Virus record (IMG/VR): IMGVR_UViG_3300036767_000362
From: a virus
Direction: 5' to 3' (one strand)
Length of the DNA: 64,000 bases
Made by a program: the position numbers and the translations under genes
Shown: positions 30,826 to 40,165 of the stretch, one piece after another
How the letters are laid out: every line of letters begins with the position of its first letter
Numbering within the stretch: position 1 is the first letter of the stretch
The notes under the pieces: model-generated
Database searches by the model: none
What the model was told of the DNA's origin: nothing
The model's input: only the letters and a program-made list of their open reading frames with translations

Positions 30826-32159
30826 TACATCTTCTCCCCGGGTTTAAATCCTCTAAATCTTAAAAATCTAGGAAATCTTAAACTCCATTCATTTTCGGTC
30901 TCTTGATTTTGTGTAATTGCATCTGCTCTTACTTCTACTATTTGACCAATTAATTTTTCTTTTGCTTTCCAAAATTCTTCTCTATTTTCATCATTTAATC
31001 CAGAGCCTACATTAGTTTTAATAAACTTGCCATCATCTTTACCTTCAACAATAAGTGCTCCAAGTTTACCTACATTTTTACCTGTACCTTCTTCAGTACC
31101 AATTACTTTTAATGATACTTCAATAAATGGTTTTAATTTTAACCAAGACGTCGTTCTTTTACACTCATATGGTGCCTCTAGGTCTTTTATCATGATACCT
31201 TCATATCCCCCGTCTACTGCCCTCTTATTAATCGTTGTGTACGTCTTTTGCCCTTCTTCTGTGTCCAAGTCAACAATTTCATGATCTAATACTTCTATAG
31301 TTGTTAGACTTGCCTTGTGTTGTTCGTACCACGCCTTAACCATTTCTGTTCTATCCTTTTGGCTTTTATTCCAAATACCTTTTTTAAAATCTGCTAATGG
31401 AATAAAATCAAATAAATGCAGTTTGGCATCTTTGGCAGTTGTAGAACTTTTTCTATGAATTTGTTTCATTAAATCTTGAAAGTTATCACTCATAACTTCG
31501 CCATCTAAAATTAATGGATAAGGTGGAGGAGAGTTTTTAACTACTTCACTTATTTCTTTTGCAATATGTCCAAAGTTGATTAGTTCTTTTCCATTTCTAC
31601 TAAACATATCAACTTTACCATCTGGGTATACAATTGATACAACTCTAGCACCATCTAACTTAACTTCTAACATTTTCTTACCAGTAAGTTTCTTATCGTG
31701 TTTTGCAGAGTCTTGTGCTAGTTGGCAAGTGAATACTGGAATCATATATTGTTTAAATTTGTTTTTCTTTGCAACATTGTTTACAGTTTTTTCTGTAACA
31801 CCACATCTTAAATCTTTAATTAAAATTCTTCTATAAAAACCATTCCATTGTTCTGCCGTTGCTGAACTCATTACAAGTTTAATTGCATCACGAGCCGCGT
31901 GTCCTGTAAGTTCTCTATTATAAAGTTGTTCAGCTAATTTTTTAAACACTTTCCATTCACAGCCTTGAGCTGATATAACGTCATCTTTAGTTGGTACTTG
32001 TTTAACTCCAAATGTGTATAGTTTGTCTAAACACATTTTTAGACCTTCAAAGAATTCATCTAATCCTTCTTTCATTGCATCTAAAACTATTGCTTCTTTT
32101 TTAAGTCTAGAATTATCTGCTTCTAGTTTTGCTATTACTTCTTGTGGTTGTGTTCTCAT
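30825..32159 (-). CDS. ATP-dependent DNA ligase
   Basis: EVKLDGAR (KxDG), LDGE, EGIMIK, WLKLKP, SLRFPRF. Confidence 0.95.
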   Translation of the reverse strand: MRTQPQEVIAKLEADNSRLKKEAIVLDAMKEGLDEFFEGLKMCLDKLYTFGVKQVPTKDDVISAQGCEWKVFKKLAEQLYNRELTGHAARDAIKLVMSSATAEQWNGFYRRILIKDLRCGVTEKTVNNVAKKNKFKQYMIPVFTCQLAQDSAKHDKKLTGKKMLEVKLDGARVVSIVYPDGKVDMFSRNGKELINFGHIAKEISEVVKNSPPPYPLILDGEVMSDNFQDLMKQIHRKSSTTAKDAKLHLFDFIPLADFKKGIWNKSQKDRTEMVKAWYEQHKASLTTIEVLDHEIVDLDTEEGQKTYTTINKRAVDGGYEGIMIKDLEAPYECKRTTSWLKLKPFIEVSLKVIGTEEGTGKNVGKLGALIVEGKDDGKFIKTNVGSGLNDENREEFWKAKEKLIGQIVEVRADAITQNQETENEWSLRFPRFLRFRGFKPGEKM

Positions 32160-32160
32160 A

Positions 32161-33165
32161 TTACCTCGGTTTTAAAATTGTATTTTCAGCCATCGCTTGC
32201 CAATTATCTGGAAAACTTTTAGCCAAGTCTGCTACTTTAAGTACAGTTCTTAGACTTACTTCTCTTAGTCTTCTTTTATGACCTTCTATCCATTGGATTA
32301 TTTCTTGTTTAACCTCTTCTGGTAGAGCATATTCATTTAACATACCGTCTCCTACGATTTGTTTAATTCTTAAGATTTTTTCTCTCATAGTATCAATTGT
32401 TAAATCTATGTAGTGACATCTAGATTCTAATGCATTTAAATGGTCTCTTAATTTTTTAGACTTTACATTATCAAATTTAATATTAGTAATGAATATAGCA
32501 GAACCTTTAAATTCAAAATGATCTGGTACATTCTCCCTACGTAGTGTATGTGAATCTGTATTCCAACATATTCTTCTAGTTCGTTTAGAATCTAACGCCG
32601 CTTTTAATAAGTTTAATGATAAGTCATCTAATAAAACACTATCACAATCATCAAATACAATTACATTATCTTTATCTTGAAAATTGTATAATTTGACATA
32701 TAGTCCAATAGCACTCATGGCGCCTTTAACAACTTCATATTTCTTTTTAGAATCTCCTAATGTAGATATAACTCCATATCTTTCTAAAACTTTTTCAACA
32801 CCAAATGATTTACCAACACCTGGAGGTCCAGATACTATCATTGCTCTGATGTCTCCTTTTTTGGTTGCTTTAGTCATTGAATCTAAAATTTCAAAACGTT
32901 TACGCATTCTTTCAACAACTTCTTCATCAGTTTCTTCTTTACTAGTTTCTGGTGGTTTGTCTCTTAATTGATTTTCGTTATCTAGACTAATTCTTATGTT
33001 GTCTTTTGTTGCACCAGGATATTGTGTGAGATCGTCTATTTTTACTGTGATGAATCCACCTTCTTTATGTGGATATGGTTGGTAAGGTTTAACTAATTTA
33101 AAAGTTGTATTTTCAACTTTTCTATTTCTGTAACTTCCTTCTAAAACGTATATTTGCCTTTTCAT
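32161..33165 (-). CDS. P-loop ATPase (AAA-like)
   Basis: GPPGVGKS, VFDDCD, FITN, ESRC. Confidence 0.75.
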   Translation of the reverse strand: MKRQIYVLEGSYRNRKVENTTFKLVKPYQPYPHKEGGFITVKIDDLTQYPGATKDNIRISLDNENQLRDKPPETSKEETDEEVVERMRKRFEILDSMTKATKKGDIRAMIVSGPPGVGKSFGVEKVLERYGVISTLGDSKKKYEVVKGAMSAIGLYVKLYNFQDKDNVIVFDDCDSVLLDDLSLNLLKAALDSKRTRRICWNTDSHTLRRENVPDHFEFKGSAIFITNIKFDNVKSKKLRDHLNALESRCHYIDLTIDTMREKILRIKQIVGDGMLNEYALPEEVKQEIIQWIEGHKRRLREVSLRTVLKVADLAKSFPDNWQAMAENTILKPR

Positions 33166-33271
33166 TTTATTATTATTGCCCTCTCTGTTGCCTTTATTAT
33201 AATAATACTACCAAATAGTCAGAAAGTCAATAGCCAAAGAAGTCAAGTAATTAGCGGGCCATTCGTCATAA

Positions 33272-33301
33272 AAATAGGGCCAAAATGAATTCAGCCCTAT
33301 T
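33272..33301 (-). terminator. putative intrinsic terminator hairpin
   Basis: AATAGGGC...GCCCTATT inverted repeat followed by a T-run on the minus strand. Confidence 0.55.
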
Positions 33302-33322
33302 AATATCAGAACTAACAGAGTT

Positions 33323-33577
33323 CTATTTGATTAAGCCTTGTGCTAATGCCTTGTAACCTGCACCTATTACTCTTTTAGATGCTTTACCAGTTCTATAAAC
33401 TTTTGATTTAGAACCTTTAGGGCCTTTATTTAGAAATACTGGAGTTCCTGCAAATCTTAGTGCTTGTATAACTGCACCTGGATTTCCTGCACCATATCTA
33501 TTTGATATTGTTGCAGTTGAAAGAGCTTTTCCATTTTCTAAAGCACATTTTACTTTTTCTTGTATTGTACTTGTCAT
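33323..33577 (-). CDS. small basic protein, possibly winged-helix DNA-binding
   Basis: 84 aa with its own sigma70-like promoter and AGGAG SD. Confidence 0.5.
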   Translation of the reverse strand: MTSTIQEKVKCALENGKALSTATISNRYGAGNPGAVIQALRFAGTPVFLNKGPKGSKSKVYRTGKASKRVIGAGYKALAQGLIK

Positions 33578-33614
33578 TGAGATATCTCCTTAATAATTAA
33601 TAATTTTCAATGTT

Positions 33615-33649
33615 ATTACTATAATAAAGGAAATAGGTTGTAATGTCAA
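33615..33649 (-). promoter_or_regulatory. sigma70-like promoter
   Basis: TTGACA-17 nt-TATTAT; similar TTGAC elements near 1555, 8012, 33228, 37760, 39238, 43030, 46484, 47830, 54733 and 57679. Confidence 0.65.
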
Positions 33650-33659
33650 GTATGCTTGA

Positions 33660-34286
33660 CTACCAAATTTGATTAAGAGAAGAATTTGGATAACTATCAA
33701 AAATTTTCATATCGCGATTTAAAACAGTAGCAACTAAATGTATTCTATCTTCTTCTCCACCATTAAAAAAATTGTGATATTTTTCAGTGTCAGTGATCCA
33801 TACAGATCCATCTGCCGGCATATGATGAACTACATCACCAATACACATACGAGCACCAAAATTTGTTATGATGGGAATATGAAGCCTTGATTCTGGATCC
33901 CTATGCCAACTTAATGTTGTACGTGGCATTTTCCAAAGTAATCTAATTCTACCCAATTTATATTTGGTTGTTAATTTATCATATACTTCTTTAAAATAAG
34001 TATCTTCAAATAGCTTAACAAATTCTGAATATTGTGATTCATTAATGGGTGCTTCTCTTTCAACTTCTTTATATGTACTATCTGGTTTAGTCCAAAACAA
34101 TCCTCTAACATTACCACCTGTAATTGAATTCGGATCACCAGGAATTTGTGTTAAGCAAATAGCATTAATATCTCTTTCACCTAATGGCGCTTGTCTTTCT
34201 ACTCGTGAATCTACTTCTTTAACTGCATCTTGCAGTTTTTTAATATCAAAACAAATGTCTTGATCTCTATAAAATCCTTTTGTCAT
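33660..34286 (-). CDS. Asp/Asn beta-hydroxylase-like 2OG-Fe(II) oxygenase
   Basis: SWHRD...RLHIPIITN...H...NGG..DRIHLV. Confidence 0.8.
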   Translation of the reverse strand: MTKGFYRDQDICFDIKKLQDAVKEVDSRVERQAPLGERDINAICLTQIPGDPNSITGGNVRGLFWTKPDSTYKEVEREAPINESQYSEFVKLFEDTYFKEVYDKLTTKYKLGRIRLLWKMPRTTLSWHRDPESRLHIPIITNFGARMCIGDVVHHMPADGSVWITDTEKYHNFFNGGEEDRIHLVATVLNRDMKIFDSYPNSSLNQIW

Positions 34287-34306
34287 AAAATCCTTTTGTA
34301 TTGTAT

Positions 34307-35767
34307 TTACTCTGGTTGATTATTTGTAAGTTCAAAATTGATACCTTGGGCCAAGTTTAATTCTCTACCATAATTAATTGTTACAGTAGTTCTTCTCATA
34401 TATTGTTTCCAAGCATCAGAACCTGATTCTCTTCCTCCACCTGTATCTTTTTCTCCACCAAATGCTCCACCTATTTCTGCACCAGATGGACCAATATTAA
34501 CATTAACTATTCCACAGTCTGAACCTACTGCTGAAATAAATTGTTCTGCTTCATTTAATTTTTCTGTGAATATACATGAACTTAATCCTTGTGGCACACT
34601 ATTTTGCATTTCAATTGCTTCGGGTAATTTGTCATATTGAAATGTGTAAACTATAGGAGCAAATGTTTCTGCCATAGCTAAATCTTCATCATGAACATTA
34701 TTTTTAGGTTCTATTAAGCACGGTAAAACATAATTCTCTCTATGTTCTTCGTGTTTAGGAGACTCTGTACAATGAGCTAGTTCACCGCCCCATACATCAT
34801 AACCTTTCATTCTAGCTCGTTCTATTACTTTTTGCATTTTATCAACTGCTTCTTTAGAAATCATAGGTCCTAAAATATTATTTTTGTCTAAAGGATCTCC
34901 CATTGCAAGGCCACTCCATTGACTTTTAATTATACCTATCATAGACGAATATACATTTTTTTGGATATAAAGTCTTCTTAATGACGTACATCTTTGTCCT
35001 GTAGTTCCTATAACACTAAAAGAAATAGCTTTTGCGGCAAGATTTAAATCTGCGAATTGAGTTACTATTGCGGCATTGTTGCCTCCTAGTTCATACAATC
35101 CTTTACCCATTCTTGCGGCAACTTTTGGTGCTAATGATTTGCCCATTTCACAAGAACCAGTTGCACTTAATAATTTAATTTTTTTATCTTCTGCTAACCA
35201 TACTGCAGGGTCATTGCCTCCTTCTAAGATTAACAATAAGTCTTTTGGATCTATTCCTAAACTATCAACATATTTGCTTTTATAATCATTAACTGCGTCA
35301 TCAAATATTTCTTTACATCTATATGAGATTTTTATTGTTTTAGGAGATGGTTTCCATACAACACTATCGCCACATACTATTGCTAAACAAAAATTCCAAG
35401 CCCAAGGAGCCACTGGAAAATTAAAGGCAGTAATACAACCAACTACACCTAACGGATGCCACATTTCTTGTAGTCTATGATTAACTCTTTCTGAAGACAT
35501 TGTTAATCCATATAATTGTCTTGATAAACCTACAGCAAAATCACACATATCAATAGCTTCTTGTACTTCACCTATTCCTTCAGTTATTGGTTTTTTACTT
35601 TCCATAGTAACACCTTTACCTAATTCGTTTAAATGTTCTCTTAATTTAAGACCAAATATTCTAATTAATTCTCCACGTTTAGGTGCTGGAACTTTTTTCC
35701 AACCTTTTTGGACCGTAGTAGATTTATCAATTAATAAATCGTATTCATTTTTTTGTATTTCTTCCAT
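34307..35767 (-). CDS. ALDH7 family aldehyde dehydrogenase (aminoadipate-semialdehyde / P6C dehydrogenase)
   Basis: APKRGE, ITAFNFP, ELGGNNA, GTTGQRCT, GAEIGGAFGGEK.TGGGRESGSDAWKQYMRR. Confidence 0.9.
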   Translation of the reverse strand: MEEIQKNEYDLLIDKSTTVQKGWKKVPAPKRGELIRIFGLKLREHLNELGKGVTMESKKPITEGIGEVQEAIDMCDFAVGLSRQLYGLTMSSERVNHRLQEMWHPLGVVGCITAFNFPVAPWAWNFCLAIVCGDSVVWKPSPKTIKISYRCKEIFDDAVNDYKSKYVDSLGIDPKDLLLILEGGNDPAVWLAEDKKIKLLSATGSCEMGKSLAPKVAARMGKGLYELGGNNAAIVTQFADLNLAAKAISFSVIGTTGQRCTSLRRLYIQKNVYSSMIGIIKSQWSGLAMGDPLDKNNILGPMISKEAVDKMQKVIERARMKGYDVWGGELAHCTESPKHEEHRENYVLPCLIEPKNNVHDEDLAMAETFAPIVYTFQYDKLPEAIEMQNSVPQGLSSCIFTEKLNEAEQFISAVGSDCGIVNVNIGPSGAEIGGAFGGEKDTGGGRESGSDAWKQYMRRTTVTINYGRELNLAQGINFELTNNQPE

Positions 35768-35779
35768 TGTATTTTCTCC

Positions 35780-35983
35780 TTAAAATAATTTACCTAACAA
35801 TTTAAGTCCATATAATATACCTATAACAGAAAGAGCACCTGTTATACCTTGGTCTATAAATGCAAGTATTGAACCAACAATTAATAATGCATAGAACACA
35901 TAAGTTTTCCAGTTCCAAACATAATAGAACCAACCGTGTTCTTTTTTTGTAGGACCAAAATCTAATTTAGGTTCTTTTGCCAT
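35780..35983 (-). CDS. small membrane protein
   Basis: Two hydrophobic segments; lies between the two dehydrogenases. Confidence 0.55.
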   Translation of the reverse strand: MAKEPKLDFGPTKKEHGWFYYVWNWKTYVFYALLIVGSILAFIDQGITGALSVIGILYGLKLLGKLF

Positions 35984-37016
35984 TATATATTTCTCCGTAT
36001 AAATTAGTTATAAAATCTTGATATGGTATATCTTCTTGTTTGATATATCCTGTTCCTGTTAGTTTTCCTTCAGCATATGCTAATGCAACAGAACATACAC
36101 CAGAAGCAGTTGCTCTTTGAATTGCACTATAATCTGCATCACCATATATTTTATTTGAATATGTAACTTCTTGCAATTTGCCATCTTTTTTACCAATTAC
36201 AGATACAAGCATTACCACAACATCTGCAGTTGTATAAGGAACTTCTTGGTCAAATAATTCTATAAATTTTTGTTTGTTATGTTTTAAATTTAAATCTTCT
36301 AATAAGAATTTCATTTTATCACAGTGTCCTGGATACCTAATAGTTTTATATGATAATGTTCTAACTTTTCCTTTATATGTTTCACACATAGAAGCACTAC
36401 CTCCTGATGTATTAAATGCTTCATATCTATTTCCATCTATATAAATTGATTCCATACCATCTAGTGGGTGTGCTTTAATATGATCGTAATGGGAAATGAC
36501 ATCACAATAATTTATATATTCATTAAGTAAACCATCAGTTGACCAAGTAAGATAATAAGACATTGCATTGGTAGGATATTTAGGTAATGCTCCAACTCTC
36601 ATTTTAACTTTATGTGGTTCTTCAAATTGACTGATTAAATTTGCGGCAACAATATTAACTGCCCCAGGCGCCAATCCACATTGTGGCATCATAAATGTTT
36701 TTGTATCTAAATTTTTAATATACTCTGAAACTTCTGTATCTTCAGTTAAATCAAAATATGCTACACCTAATTCAGCACAAGATTTTGCAATATTAATATT
36801 AACGTCATGAGTAGTTGATGTAATTATTATATCTTTGCCACCTATAAATCTTTTACACTCATTCATATCAGACGCATCTATTTCTACAATAGATTCATCT
36901 TTATCCCATGGATTTATATCTGCTAAATGAACTTTAAATATTTCTGGTTTTTTATTTAAAAAGGCGGCAATTGTTCGACCAATTTTACCAACGCCAATTA
37001 TTCCAACGTTTTTCAT
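35967..37016 (-). CDS. saccharopine dehydrogenase family, lysine 6-dehydrogenase-like
   Basis: GVGKIG, YFDLTED, PQCGLAPG, RVGALP, TWSTDGL.NEY, YKTIRYPGH. Confidence 0.85.
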   Translation of the reverse strand: MKNVGIIGVGKIGRTIAAFLNKKPEIFKVHLADINPWDKDESIVEIDASDMNECKRFIGGKDIIITSTTHDVNINIAKSCAELGVAYFDLTEDTEVSEYIKNLDTKTFMMPQCGLAPGAVNIVAANLISQFEEPHKVKMRVGALPKYPTNAMSYYLTWSTDGLLNEYINYCDVISHYDHIKAHPLDGMESIYIDGNRYEAFNTSGGSASMCETYKGKVRTLSYKTIRYPGHCDKMKFLLEDLNLKHNKQKFIELFDQEVPYTTADVVVMLVSVIGKKDGKLQEVTYSNKIYGDADYSAIQRATASGVCSVALAYAEGKLTGTGYIKQEDIPYQDFITNLYGEIYNGKRT

Positions 37017-37020
37017 TATA

Positions 37021-37245
37021 TTAAGTAGTTATAAATTTTTTAGGACCTGTTGATATAAATTCGAGACCGGAACCCTTACCAATATAAACATTTTTTTCTG
37101 GATTCCAGGACATATTTAATTTTACTGCTCTTTGGATTGAAACACTTAAAAACTGTTCTTCTTTAAAACTAAGAACTTCGGCTTCCATTTTTTTACCGTT
37201 GTCGGTACATTCAATTAATGCTATATCATCAAAATGTGTTGTCAT
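37021..37245 (-). CDS. hypothetical protein
   Basis: 74-aa ORF. Confidence 0.5.
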   Translation of the reverse strand: MTTHFDDIALIECTDNGKKMEAEVLSFKEEQFLSVSIQRAVKLNMSWNPEKNVYIGKGSGLEFISTGPKKFITT

Positions 37246-37510
37246 CGTCGTCGTTCCTTGTATCGTCTTGCCAATCTCTTTTTCTTTTTTGTTCTTTCCA
37301 ATATTCTCTAGCTGACATTTTAGTTTTATACCAAATATAAAACATAAAGTCTGCCCAAAGATAATTTAGAACATATCCTAAAACTGAAAACCTTATACCC
37401 AGAATTACGCCTGGCAAAAACCATAAAGCAAATATCATTAAGAAAATATAATTCTTAAAAAATTCATAAGGTACCGCAAATGTACTCCACGTTAACTCTC
37501 TTGCTTTCAT
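37229..37510 (-). CDS. membrane protein
   Basis: Hydrophobic core and GGAGG SD. Confidence 0.5.
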   Translation of the reverse strand: MKARELTWSTFAVPYEFFKNYIFLMIFALWFLPGVILGIRFSVLGYVLNYLWADFMFYIWYKTKMSAREYWKEQKRKRDWQDDTRNDDDDNTF

Positions 37511-37517
37511 TTGCCTC

Positions 37518-37715
37518 CTAAAGGAAATTAGCTCTTAATTTTTCTGCCTTCTTAATGTTAATTTTTCTGCGTTTTGCTCTTTCTCGTCTTTTAAAACTAG
37601 GTTTTTGATAGTACTGTTTTTCCTTCATTAAATCAAAAATACCTTCCTTTTTCATTTTCTTCTTAAGGATACGCATTGCCTTATCTACATTATTATTTCT
37701 AACTTCTATTTCCAT
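37518..37715 (-). CDS. rpsU: ribosomal protein bS21
   Basis: IEVRNNNVDKAMRILKKKM.KEGI...K..QYYQKPS..RR. Confidence 0.9.
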   Translation of the reverse strand: MEIEVRNNNVDKAMRILKKKMKKEGIFDLMKEKQYYQKPSFKRRERAKRRKINIKKAEKLRANFL

Positions 37716-37814
37716 ATACTGTATAATTACCTATAATATAACATTTTCTACACCAAAAGTCAAATGATAGATAAGTAGAATGATGGTTAACGCATTCAGT
37801 TTAGGAGATAACAA

Positions 37815-37985
37815 ATGGCAAAGAAATCAGATAGAGCACGCCGAAGAGAACTCCGTAAAGCTGAAAAGAGTCTTAAGTATAGTAACCGGATTAAGCCAAA
37901 AGTTGTGGCTCGAGATCCAAAAGCGATACCAATTAACCAAATAATCACCCTTGATTACCTGACTAACCCTAAACTTGATAAATAA
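37815..37985 (+). CDS. 56-aa basic protein divergent from rpsU
   Basis: AGGAG SD, then MAKKSDRARRRELRKAEKSLKY...PKLDK; absent from the ORF track (<60 aa). Confidence 0.6.
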   Translation: MAKKSDRARRRELRKAEKSLKYSNRIKPKVVARDPKAIPINQIITLDYLTNPKLDK

Positions 37986-37999
37986 GGGATCTTACCGAA

Positions 38000-38452
38000 T
38001 TATCTTTCTAAGTTCAATCCTATAGTGGAGAATTTTTGTTTCCAAGCATAAAATCTTTTGTTATGATTGGCATAAGGATCTTTTTGGATTTGCATTTGAT
38101 AAAGATGTACCATTTCGTGTGCAAGAGTTTCAATAAAATCTTTCCACGTTCTAAATTTTGAAGCTAATTCCATTTCTATCCATAAAGTATGATTATGATA
38201 AGGAATTTTTCTAGAGTTATATGTTCCTACAGGAGTTACTCTGCCGTCCCAATCATAAACAATTTGTCCACGAGCATTATGAATTCCTTTAACATAGATA
38301 TCAGGCATCCATAATCTATTGCCAAACAGGGCTCTGTTCAAAACTGAAAACCAGCTCTGAGCTTGGGCAATTGTAGGTTTGAAATTTTTCACACCCTCTC
38401 TTTTTTTAAGTGCTTTTTTCACTCGTAGTTTATGTTGAATTCGCTTCTGCAT
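38000..38452 (-). CDS. SprT-like zinc metalloprotease
   Basis: TLAHEMVH..Q...H...F. Confidence 0.7.
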   Translation of the reverse strand: MQKRIQHKLRVKKALKKREGVKNFKPTIAQAQSWFSVLNRALFGNRLWMPDIYVKGIHNARGQIVYDWDGRVTPVGTYNSRKIPYHNHTLWIEMELASKFRTWKDFIETLAHEMVHLYQMQIQKDPYANHNKRFYAWKQKFSTIGLNLER

Positions 38453-38536
38453 ACTATAGTAATTATCAAAATGTATGCAGTTATTATCTGATACTTAAAA
38501 ACGGGTAATTATGGGTGATTATATACGCAGTTAATT

Positions 38537-39016
38537 TTAGCTATATTTTTCTTGAGTCCAGGACTGAGATCCTAGTAAATTATGTTCAGCCCAACGGACA
38601 AATAATCCAAGCTCTTTTCCATGGGCTTCAATTTCCCAGGGTCTATCCCAATAATTTAAATTCTTATCTATAATTTTACTTTGCCATTTAGTAGATCCGC
38701 ATCTTTCCAAGTCCACCATTTCTCCTTTAGCATATTGTTTTATGTGAACCATTTCATGGGCAATTGATTCCATAATTCTTCTTTTTGAAACTGTACAATC
38801 TATGGTAATAGTAAATTCTCTTGGTTTGTGATTTTTGTCATCAAAATCAACTTCACCTAACACACCTGATTCTTTATGCAGATTTTTATCAAATTCTACG
38901 TCAACTGAAATTGTATTATATAATTGTTTAGATAAAATTGTTTTACCACAATAGTCAACTATGCTATGTGCTAAATCGTATAATTTTTTATTTCCACCAC
39001 TAATAGTAATATTCAT
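38537..39016 (-). CDS. HExxH metallopeptidase-like protein
   Basis: IAHEMVHIKQY and Y...PWEIEA. Confidence 0.7.
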   Translation of the reverse strand: MNITISGGNKKLYDLAHSIVDYCGKTILSKQLYNTISVDVEFDKNLHKESGVLGEVDFDDKNHKPREFTITIDCTVSKRRIMESIAHEMVHIKQYAKGEMVDLERCGSTKWQSKIIDKNLNYWDRPWEIEAHGKELGLFVRWAEHNLLGSQSWTQEKYS

Positions 39017-39207
39017 TATTCTGTATTTTCGGCAATAGTTTTATCGTTTGCAATTTCTCTTGCTACTGCTTGAATATCCTCTATCATATATTTTACTTCT
39101 TGAGGATGAGCAGTATCTTTTAATAGTGCAAGGTCTTTAGATTTTTTGTGCATAACATCTACTTTATGTACAAATTCTTTTAATGTATGGTACGGTGCTG
39201 TCATCAT
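39016..39207 (-). CDS. hypothetical protein
   Basis: Short ORF downstream of a TTGACA promoter; start uncertain. Confidence 0.45.
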   Translation of the reverse strand: MMTAPYHTLKEFVHKVDVMHKKSKDLALLKDTAHPQEVKYMIEDIQAVAREIANDKTIAENTE

Positions 39208-39261
39208 ATTATTATAGCAAATTTTTGGTTGTATGTCAATGCTAGACAAGTGTTGGTATTA

Positions 39262-39966
39262 TTAGCTTATTTTAGGGAATAATATGTCTGTACAAAATTT
39301 TTCAACATCTTGTTCTTTTAGACCCAATGACTTCATTACTCTTGGTGTATGGGGGTTCATAGTTTGATTGGAACAATAATAGTTTTGTGCTTTAATTGTG
39401 TCATCTTTTTTTGCAGTATCTGAATATTGTCCTATACTATCAAAATAAACTTTAAGATTGTTAATTGCTAAATCAACTATTGCAGTTGCTTCTTCATCTG
39501 TTCTAACATTACCAGCGGCAATCATACTACTTGAAAATATGTTTTGTGCCCATTCAGGTAATTCTCTTTTTTTGCTAGGTATATAATCTGCTACTGCATC
39601 TTTATACCAGTCTACTAAAGGATGTTGTTCTCCACCTGAAGATGCAGAAAAATCATGAAAGGCCCCTGTCATTTTATTCTTACCTGCTATAACATCAAAG
39701 CCATATATAGGTCCGTTGTTATCAAGATTAGGAAAGACGCATACGTGCATCATCCAAAGAGCTTTTGTATCTCTAGCATCTACTACATCTATATGGCAAC
39801 GTCTACAATGATTAGTATGCCACACCCTGTTCATCCAACCATTTTCAGGTTGATTGAAATGGTCCATGCCAGGTTCAGTTATTTCTGTACCTCTAGTATT
39901 AAACTCTTTAAGTATTTGATTTTGACACTCTATAAGTTTATTCCAAATAAAAGATTCATTTTTCAT
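39262..39966 (-). CDS. pcyX: ferredoxin-dependent bilin reductase, PcyX-like
   Basis: RRCHIDVVDAR....LWMMHVCVFP...PIYGFDVIAG..K.TGAFHDFS, RELPEWA..IFS, Q..NPHTPRVM. Confidence 0.85.
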   Translation of the reverse strand: MKNESFIWNKLIECQNQILKEFNTRGTEITEPGMDHFNQPENGWMNRVWHTNHCRRCHIDVVDARDTKALWMMHVCVFPNLDNNGPIYGFDVIAGKNKMTGAFHDFSASSGGEQHPLVDWYKDAVADYIPSKKRELPEWAQNIFSSSMIAAGNVRTDEEATAIVDLAINNLKVYFDSIGQYSDTAKKDDTIKAQNYYCSNQTMNPHTPRVMKSLGLKEQDVEKFCTDILFPKIS

Positions 39967-40165
39967 TTTCTAATTCTTTTATTCGGTCTTCCAGGACAGA
40001 TATTGTTGTATGAATATGTCCAGTGTCCGTTGGTTGAAGTAATGTTTTAAGATGTTCTACTTCTTTTTTAAGAATATTAACCCTTATCATATTTCCACTA
40101 AAGTCTTTTTTAGTTGGATTAGAAATTTGTGTTACTGCTCCTCTTATTATAGATAGTCTAGTCAT
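39956..40165 (-). CDS. hypothetical protein between hemO and pcyX
   Basis: 69-aa coupled ORF containing DTGHIHTTISVL. Confidence 0.55.
   Translation of the reverse strand: MTRLSIIRGAVTQISNPTKKDFSGNMIRVNILKKEVEHLKTLLQPTDTGHIHTTISVLEDRIKELENEK

Noticed and set aside
38468-38535. Direct repeat ta[t/c]gcagtta between the two HExxH genes
   Set aside because: Only two 10-bp copies in AT-rich DNA; not enough to call an operator.
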